Positions 19,390-24,000 of a DNA stretch of 24,000 nt are shown here, in pieces (positions within the stretch are counted from its first letter, which is position 1; every line of letters starts with the position of its first letter). A program made the translations under genes and the position numbers. The notes beneath the pieces were generated by a model. The model worked only from the letters and a program-made list of their open reading frames with translations. It was not told the DNA's origin and searched no databases. The DNA comes from Chloroflexota bacterium (lineage in GTDB: Bacteria; Chloroflexota; Anaerolineae; Anaerolineales; RBG-16-64-43): positions 1 to 24,000 of the forward strand of contig JAPLGX010000172.1 of assembly GCA_026389925.1 (NCBI GenBank), given 5' to 3'.

Positions 19390-20613
19390 TTACCCGCGGC
19401 GGTGAGGCTCGACGGCGATCCATTCCGCCTGGGTGAGCAAGCGGCCCGGTGCCTCGGCGCGCAGTTCCATCACGCGCGACGGCGCGAAGTAGGCGAAGTC
19501 GAAGTGAACCGGGTCGCCGGTGCGCTTGCCGGGCAGCGGCATGAGCCGCGCGGTGAGCGGCTTGGTGTGGCGCAGTGCCACGGCGGCGACATCGAAGAGC
19601 AGCGAGGCCAATTGCGGCGCGCGGGCCTCGCCCGGCAGTGGGATGGTGTCGAGGCCGGACCCGCACATCGTGCAGTAGAGCAGCAGGTCGCTTAAGGTGA
19701 GGGTCCCCTCTCCGGCCCGGCGCGCAAGGATCGCGTCCTCGAAAATCGGCAGAAGCAACCCGCAGAACCCAGTGCGCGGGAAGACCGCGCGATCAATCGC
19801 CTGGGTGAGCAACGCCGCCGCGAGCGCGCTGCCCGCCAGACCCACGCGCGCAACGCCCAAGCGCTCGAAAGCGGCCCCGATGGAGGCGGTTTCTGCCGGG
19901 AAGGGTGCGAGCGAGAAATCGATGCCCGCGAACCGCGGGCCGCGCATTTTGTCGGTGTGTGTCACAGCCTCAGTCAATGCACGAGCCGCGCCCTCGATGG
20001 CCTCTGTCAGGCGGCGGCCCGCAGTGTCAAGATCGGGTGCGCGGTCGAAGGCTTCGACGGCCAGGTCCGCCGACTCGGTGGCTATCGCGAAGGCGGGCGC
20101 CCCGCCCGTGTGATATGCCGCCGGGAAGAAGGGCGAATGCGGGCCGACGCCTGCGAGCGCGGCCAGGCGCAGGTTAGCGAATCCGTCCGGGCGAAGATGC
20201 GCAACGCGCACGATGGCATCCGCGGCCGCTTGCACGGCGGCAGTGGATATGCCGTGCCGCGAGTCGGTCAGAAGAATCGAAGCGAACACCCTCTCGTCGG
20301 CGGCCAGAATATCAGGCACTAACGTGCACGCCTGCGGCTGAGAGGGGAGGGCCGGGCCGAGCGAGAGATAGCTGACCGGTTTCGAGTCGAGGAGGGCGGC
20401 GAGCGCGCGCGCGCCATCCGTGGCGGCCTCGCGCGAGGCCAACGGCAGATACTCCGCGAATGGCTGCGTGGCCAAACGCGTGGTCTGGACTTCGAAGCCG
20501 GCTCGCTCAACGGCCTGGCGCGCGTGCTCGAGGAAGCGCGCCGCCTCGTCGAACCGAGGCGCCTCGGGCGGCCAGCCCGGTTCGCAGAAGTAGGTGATCG
20601 AACGGACCTTCAC
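19390..20613 (-). CDS. DUF711 / UPF0210-family protein
   Basis: GTG 20613 overlaps the trmH stop as GTGA. 407 aa: VKVRSITYF.., EVQTTRLATQPF, TGFCGLLLPIFEDAILA, LLLYCTMCGSGLDTIPLPGE, which match my memory of UPF0210 blocks. The track ORF extends to 21090, but that part is out-of-frame overlap with trmH. Confidence 0.7.
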   Translation of the reverse strand: MKVRSITYFCEPGWPPEAPRFDEAARFLEHARQAVERAGFEVQTTRLATQPFAEYLPLASREAATDGARALAALLDSKPVSYLSLGPALPSQPQACTLVPDILAADERVFASILLTDSRHGISTAAVQAAADAIVRVAHLRPDGFANLRLAALAGVGPHSPFFPAAYHTGGAPAFAIATESADLAVEAFDRAPDLDTAGRRLTEAIEGAARALTEAVTHTDKMRGPRFAGIDFSLAPFPAETASIGAAFERLGVARVGLAGSALAAALLTQAIDRAVFPRTGFCGLLLPIFEDAILARRAGEGTLTLSDLLLYCTMCGSGLDTIPLPGEARAPQLASLLFDVAAVALRHTKPLTARLMPLPGKRTGDPVHFDFAYFAPSRVMELRAEAPGRLLTQAEWIAVEPHRRG

Positions 20614-21386
20614 GACCGGCTCCGCCTTTGCCGCGCGGCCTGGTAGAGCAGGATGCCCGCGGCAACGACCGCATTCAATGATTCTGCCTTGCCGGGCATG
20701 GGGATGCGCACGCGAGCGGTGGCGGCCGCGCGGGCAAGTGCGCCCGCGCCTTCGGCTTCCGATCCAAGGATGAGGCCGATGCGCCCGCGCCAGGAAACCT
20801 GGTCGCAGGGTGTGCCCTCGTCGGCCTCGGCCAGGTACAGGCGGAACCCGCGCAGGCGCGTCTGGGCCTCGGGCCAAGTTGCCTGGATGATCGGCAGATG
20901 GAAGTGCGCGCCCATCGCGCCGCGCACCACTTTGGGGTTGTAGGCATCCACACAGCCGGGCATCAGGAACACCGCCTGCACGCCCAAGGCCTCCGCCGTG
21001 CGCAACACCGTGCCCAGGTTGCCGGGGTTGGCCAGCCCGTCGGCCAGCAGCACGAACTCGAGCGGCGCGGCGAGCGGCGCCTCGACCCACGGCACGACGG
21101 CCAACATGCCCGGCGGCGTCGTAGTATCAGAGCAGGCTTTGAGAACCTGCGGGCTCACCTCCTCCACCGTGGCGCCCAAGCGCGCCGCCTGGTTGAGCAG
21201 CGAGCGCTGAGGCGGCTTGAGCCCGCCACTGTGGAAAACCACCCGCAGCGGAGCATGGGCACTCACCGCCTCCACCAGCAGCCGTTCGCCCTCAATGACG
21301 AACAGCTTCTCGCGGGCGCGGGCTTTGGCCTGCGCCTGCAGCGTGCGAATGAGCTTGACGCGCTCGTTACTCACGGAAGTGATCAT
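20610..21386 (-). CDS. TrmH/SpoU-family RNA 2'-O-methyltransferase (RlmB-like, with N-terminal substrate-binding domain)
   Basis: 258 aa: MITSVSNERVKLIRTL.., NPGNLGTVLRTAEALG, LILGSEAEG, IPMPGKAESLNAVVAAGILLY. Confidence 0.88.
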   Translation of the reverse strand: MITSVSNERVKLIRTLQAQAKARAREKLFVIEGERLLVEAVSAHAPLRVVFHSGGLKPPQRSLLNQAARLGATVEEVSPQVLKACSDTTTPPGMLAVVPWVEAPLAAPLEFVLLADGLANPGNLGTVLRTAEALGVQAVFLMPGCVDAYNPKVVRGAMGAHFHLPIIQATWPEAQTRLRGFRLYLAEADEGTPCDQVSWRGRIGLILGSEAEGAGALARAAATARVRIPMPGKAESLNAVVAAGILLYQAARQRRSRS

Positions 21387-21416
21387 TGACCATTCCCTTA
21401 ATGGCCTGGGTGCGAC

Positions 21417-21986
21417 TCAGGCGGGTGGCCATCGCCGGTCGAACTCGCTGCGGAAGACCCCCAGCGTGGGTTCGTCGATGACGGTGACGCGTATCTCTGT
21501 CACCGAACTCGAAGGCGCGCTTTTCGTGAAGTCGAGCACGGCCTGCACGATGACGTGCGCGCCGCGCGCCTTGGGGAAGCCGAAGAGGCCGGTGCTGAGG
21601 GCGGGCAGAGCGAGGCTGTGGAAGCCCTGGGCTTCGGCCAACGCAAGCGAACTGGCGACAGCCGCAGCGAGCTTGCGGTCTTCGTCTCCCTCGCCCCACA
21701 CCGGGCCGACGGCATGGATGACGGCGCGGCAGGGGAGCGCTCCGGCGCCGGTAAGCGCTGGATGCGTGGGGCTGGCAGGCCCGTGAGCACGCACCCACCT
21801 GTCGCTTTCCTCCTGAATGATATGCCCTCCGCGGCGGACAATCGCGCCGGCCACACCCCCGCCGTGCTGCAACTTGGCGTTGGCGGCGTTGACGATAGCA
21901 TCCACGGCCTCCTCGGTCAGGTCGCCGTGCACGAGAAGCAGCTGGCAGCCGCCGGCGAGAGTCTCAGTTCGAATCACACGCGACAT
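21417..21986 (-). CDS. Macro-domain protein (ADP-ribose / O-acetyl-ADP-ribose binding or hydrolysing)
   Basis: Track ORF trimmed to ATG 21986. 189 aa: LLLVHGDLTEEAVDAIVNAANAKLQHGGGVAGAI, AVIHAVGPVW, SLALPALSTGLFGFP. Confidence 0.85.
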   Translation of the reverse strand: MSRVIRTETLAGGCQLLLVHGDLTEEAVDAIVNAANAKLQHGGGVAGAIVRRGGHIIQEESDRWVRAHGPASPTHPALTGAGALPCRAVIHAVGPVWGEGDEDRKLAAAVASSLALAEAQGFHSLALPALSTGLFGFPKARGAHVIVQAVLDFTKSAPSSSVTEIRVTVIDEPTLGVFRSEFDRRWPPA

Positions 21987-22051
21987 TGGGCCACCCGGGG
22001 TGATGCTGGGCGTATCGTATCGCGAATTGGCGTGGGGCGCGAGAGCCGCTC

Positions 22052-22087
22052 TCGAAAAAGAAAGGCCCGGCACGCGGCCGGGCCTTT
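22052..22087 (-). terminator. Rho-independent terminator of the infC-rpmI-rplT operon
   Basis: Perfect 11-bp stem AAAGGCCCGGC(22061-22071)/GCCGGGCCTTT(22077-22087), 5-nt loop. On the minus strand it is followed by CUUUUUCGAG. It lies 19 nt after the rplT stop. Confidence 0.85.
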
Positions 22088-22106
22088 GGAAAGCGAACCT
22101 GGGGGA

Positions 22107-22454
22107 TCAGCTGCGAGTCGATTCGACGATGCGTCCGAACGCCTGCGGGTCGCGCACCGCGAGGTCGGCCAGCATCTTGCGGTTGAGAGTGACGTTGGCG
22201 CGATGCAGCCCGGCGATCAGGCGGCTGTAGGTGCTGCCGTTGAGGCGTGCGGCGGCGTTGATGCGGGCGATCCACAGCCGGCGCAGGTCGCGCTTGCGGT
22301 TGCGCCGGTCACGATAGGCGTACCACAAGCTCTTGAGCATGGCCTCGTTGGCGCGGCGGAACAGGCGATGCCGCGAGCCGAACTGGCCCTTGCCCATGTG
22401 GATGATCTTGCGGTGACGCAGATGAGGCCGAGGGCCTCCCTTGACGCGTGCCAT
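22107..22454 (-). CDS. rplT: 50S ribosomal protein L20
   Basis: 115 aa: MARVKGG.., YAYRDRRNRKRDLRRLWIARINAAARLNG, NRKMLADLAV. AGGAG lies 9 nt upstream. Confidence 0.95.
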   Translation of the reverse strand: MARVKGGPRPHLRHRKIIHMGKGQFGSRHRLFRRANEAMLKSLWYAYRDRRNRKRDLRRLWIARINAAARLNGSTYSRLIAGLHRANVTLNRKMLADLAVRDPQAFGRIVESTRS

Positions 22455-22555
22455 GCTTCATTCTCCTGCCGACCCCTGCGCGCCGGGACGTGCTCCCCAG
22501 TTGAATGCGCGCAACAGCGGCACCTGGCGGGCGGGCCCGCCGCCCAACGGCCCGC

Positions 22556-22807
22556 CTAACGCGGCGGGTTGGCCTTGTACTTGCCCATGTAGGGGGCCAG
22601 GCTCTTGACGCGCTTGGTCGTGCGCTTGCCCTTGACCTCCACCATCTCGGTGAAGAGGGCCTTGGTGCGTCGCGGCGTGCGGCGTCGCAGGTGGCTCTTG
22701 CCACCCTTGGTGCGAACCAATTTGCCCGACCCGGTCAGGCGGAAGCGCTTGGCAGTCGCCTTATGGGTCTTGAGCTTGGTCTTGCCGGCTTTCACTTTGC
22801 GAGGCAT
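22556..22807 (-). CDS. rpmI: 50S ribosomal protein L35 (slightly extended at both ends)
   Basis: Track ORF trimmed to ATG 22807 after GGGAGAA. 83 aa: MPRKVKAGKTKLKTHKATAKRFRLTGSGKLVRTKGGKSHL... The core KLKTHKATAKRF..GSGK is canonical L35. About 10 extra N-terminal and about 10 extra C-terminal residues relative to the usual 64-66 aa. Confidence 0.9.
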   Translation of the reverse strand: MPRKVKAGKTKLKTHKATAKRFRLTGSGKLVRTKGGKSHLRRRTPRRTKALFTEMVEVKGKRTTKRVKSLAPYMGKYKANPPR

Positions 22808-22839
22808 CCTGTTCTCCCTGCGAGCTTGTCTCTCAATCA

Positions 22840-22864
22840 CAGGCGGCGCACTGGGCGCCGCCTG
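22840..22864 (-). promoter_or_regulatory. Perfect 10-bp GC hairpin in the infC-rpmI spacer (candidate L20 operator or attenuator element)
   Basis: CAGGCGGCGC(22840-22849)/GCGCCGCCTG(22855-22864), 5-nt loop. It lies 30 nt after the infC stop and 33 nt before the rpmI ATG. Confidence 0.35.
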
Positions 22865-22893
22865 GTTCTGAACTGCGCAGCACGTAGTGCAGC

Positions 22894-23412
22894 CTACTTC
22901 TTCTTTGCCGGGCCGATCACCATCAGCATCGTCCGGCCTTCCATATCCGGGTTCTGTTCCACCACGCCCACGTCGGAGAGTTCTTGGGCGATCTGTGCCA
23001 GATCTTCGCGCGCAATCTCCGGGTAGGTAATCTCGCGCCCGCGGAACCGGATGCGCACTTTGACCTTCATCCCCTCGAGCAGCCAGCGGCGCGCGTCGCG
23101 CAGCTTGAAGGCGCGGTGGTGATCGGTCGTCTTGGGGCGCAGGCGAATCTCTTTGACCTCGATCTTGGTCTGCGCGCGCCGCGCCTCACGCTCTTTCTTG
23201 GCTTTCTCGTAGAGGAACTTGCCAAAATTCAGCACACGGCAAACGGGCGGGTCGGCGTTGGGCGAGACTTCGACCAGGTCCAGGTTGGCCTCGCGGGCGA
23301 TGCGCAGCGCCTCTTGAGTCGAGACCACCCCTACGTTGGCCCCGTCCGGCCCGATCAGGCGAACCTGGCGAACCCGGATGGCTTCGTTAACACGAAATTC
23401 CGATGCGCTGAT
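22894..23412 (-). CDS. infC: Translation initiation factor IF-3, initiating at a non-canonical ATC codon
   Basis: The track gives only 22894..23328 (GTG). The same frame continues upstream as I-SASEFRVNEAIRVRQVRLIGPDGANVGVVS, the canonical IF-3 N-terminus. ATC at 23412..23410 sits 7 nt after GGAGGAGG. 172 aa. Confidence 0.88.
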   Translation of the reverse strand: MSASEFRVNEAIRVRQVRLIGPDGANVGVVSTQEALRIAREANLDLVEVSPNADPPVCRVLNFGKFLYEKAKKEREARRAQTKIEVKEIRLRPKTTDHHRAFKLRDARRWLLEGMKVKVRIRFRGREITYPEIAREDLAQIAQELSDVGVVEQNPDMEGRTMLMVIGPAKKK

Positions 23413-23467
23413 GGCTGTTCCTCCTCCTGAGCCGCGCCCCCGAGCGGGTCGGGTCGAGCGCGGGCGC

Positions 23468-23497
23468 AGTTTACCATGAATGAGAACCGGGCGTCAA
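23468..23497 (-). promoter_or_regulatory. Promoter candidate for infC-rpmI-rplT
   Basis: Minus strand: TTGACG (23497..23492), 18-nt spacer ending in TGG, TAAACT (23473..23468). This is a -35 plus an extended -10, about 50 nt upstream of the ATC start. Confidence 0.5.
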
Positions 23498-23506
23498 CCA
23501 AAACGC

Positions 23507-24000
23507 CTATTCGGCGGCGGGTTTGGCCTCAGAGCCGGTGCGCGGGATGATGGTCACCTTGCGGTGATTGCCGGTTCCGACGCTCTCGGTATACACCTCG
23601 TCGTGGCCGCGGAGTTCAAGATGGACAATACGCCGGTCCGCGGCGGGCATTGGCTCGAGGGCCACGGTGTGTCCGTGTTCCATGACCTGGAGCGCGGCGC
23701 GGCGGGCCATGCGCCGAAGCTGCTGCTCGCGGCGCTCGCGGAAGCCCTCGGCGTCGACCACTACCGGCAACGGATGGCCCAGCTCGCGGGCGACAATCAG
23801 GCGGGTAATGTACTGCAACGCGGCCAGGCCGTCGCCGCGCTGGGCGGTGAGCGCGCCCAGGTGCTCGCCGTGCAGGTCCACCCAGGCATGGCGCGGCTCG
23901 TCGGGGCCTTCCGGTTCAACCCAGCGCACGCTCATGCGCCCGTGCAAGCCCATGCGCGTGAGCAGCTCCTCGACCACGGTGTGCACCATCTCCAGTTCCG
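23507..24000 (-). CDS. Jag/KhpB-type RNA-binding protein (KH plus R3H domains), 5' end beyond the window
   Basis: The C-terminal 160+ aa end in an R3H block (ALEPMPAADRRIVHLELRGHDEVYTESVGTGNHRKVTIIP). The frame stays open upstream of the track's ATG 23989 to the window edge (..ELEMVHTVVEELLTRMGL..), so the gene is partial. Confidence 0.75.
   Translation of the reverse strand, partial: ELEMVHTVVEELLTRMGLHGRMSVRWVEPEGPDEPRHAWVDLHGEHLGALTAQRGDGLAALQYITRLIVARELGHPLPVVVDAEGFRERREQQLRRMARRAALQVMEHGHTVALEPMPAADRRIVHLELRGHDEVYTESVGTGNHRKVTIIPRTGSEAKPAAE

Noticed and set aside
20614-21090. N-terminal 159 codons of track ORF 19390..21090 (566 aa)
   Set aside because: This part overlaps trmH out of frame and is Arg/Gly/Pro-rich. 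The DUF711 homology begins at VKVRSITYF, with a GTG that overlaps the trmH stop (GTGA).
21967-21975. GTTCGAATC, resembling a tRNA T-loop
   Set aside because: It lies inside the macro-domain CDS (codons for ..VIRTETL..). No acceptor, D or anticodon stems can be drawn around it.

Overview
This window is about 24 kb of a high-G+C bacterial chromosome (roughly two-thirds GC by eye), densely packed with housekeeping genes on both strands. I support 23 CDS (22 complete, 1 cut by the right edge) and 2 pseudogenes. Left to right: rpsO(-), M23 peptidase(+), OsmC-family protein(+), small membrane protein(+), secreted esterase(-), ilvE(+), PH-domain membrane protein(+), DUF92 membrane protein(+), tyrosine phenol-lyase-like lyase(+), SAM hydroxide adenosyltransferase/DUF62(+), nadK(+), zinc-ribbon membrane protein(+), recN(+), icd(+). 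Then two decayed genes on the minus strand (an unplaced Rossmann-fold protein and a YiiM-type MOSC protein), cystathionine beta-synthase(-), a divergent cystathionine gamma-lyase-like gene(+), a macro-domain/TrmH/DUF711 operon(-), the infC-rpmI-rplT operon(-) and a partial jag/khpB(-). Several strong intrinsic-terminator hairpins and TATAAT-type promoter candidates stand out against the GC-rich background. I found no rRNA, tRNA, CRISPR, transposase, integrase or phage genes, and no recognisable defence or toxin-antitoxin system. The six-frame track is full of long shadow ORFs typical of high-GC DNA, and several true starts differ from the track (rpsO, osmC, esterase, tpl, nadK, icd, CBS, DUF711, macro, rpmI, infC). 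The most unusual observations are: (1) a 2.4-kb pocket of gene decay downstream of CBS, with five lesions in two genes, one of them a family I cannot place; (2) a terminator-like hairpin between a near-consensus promoter and the esterase start codon; (3) a roughly 295-nt structured leader candidate for CBS arising from overlapping face-to-face extended -10 elements; (4) a translationally coupled macro-TrmH-DUF711 operon; (5) an infC ATC start that the ORF track misses; (6) a basic C-terminal tail on isocitrate dehydrogenase. All family assignments come from reading motifs by eye and from memory. No database search was run.
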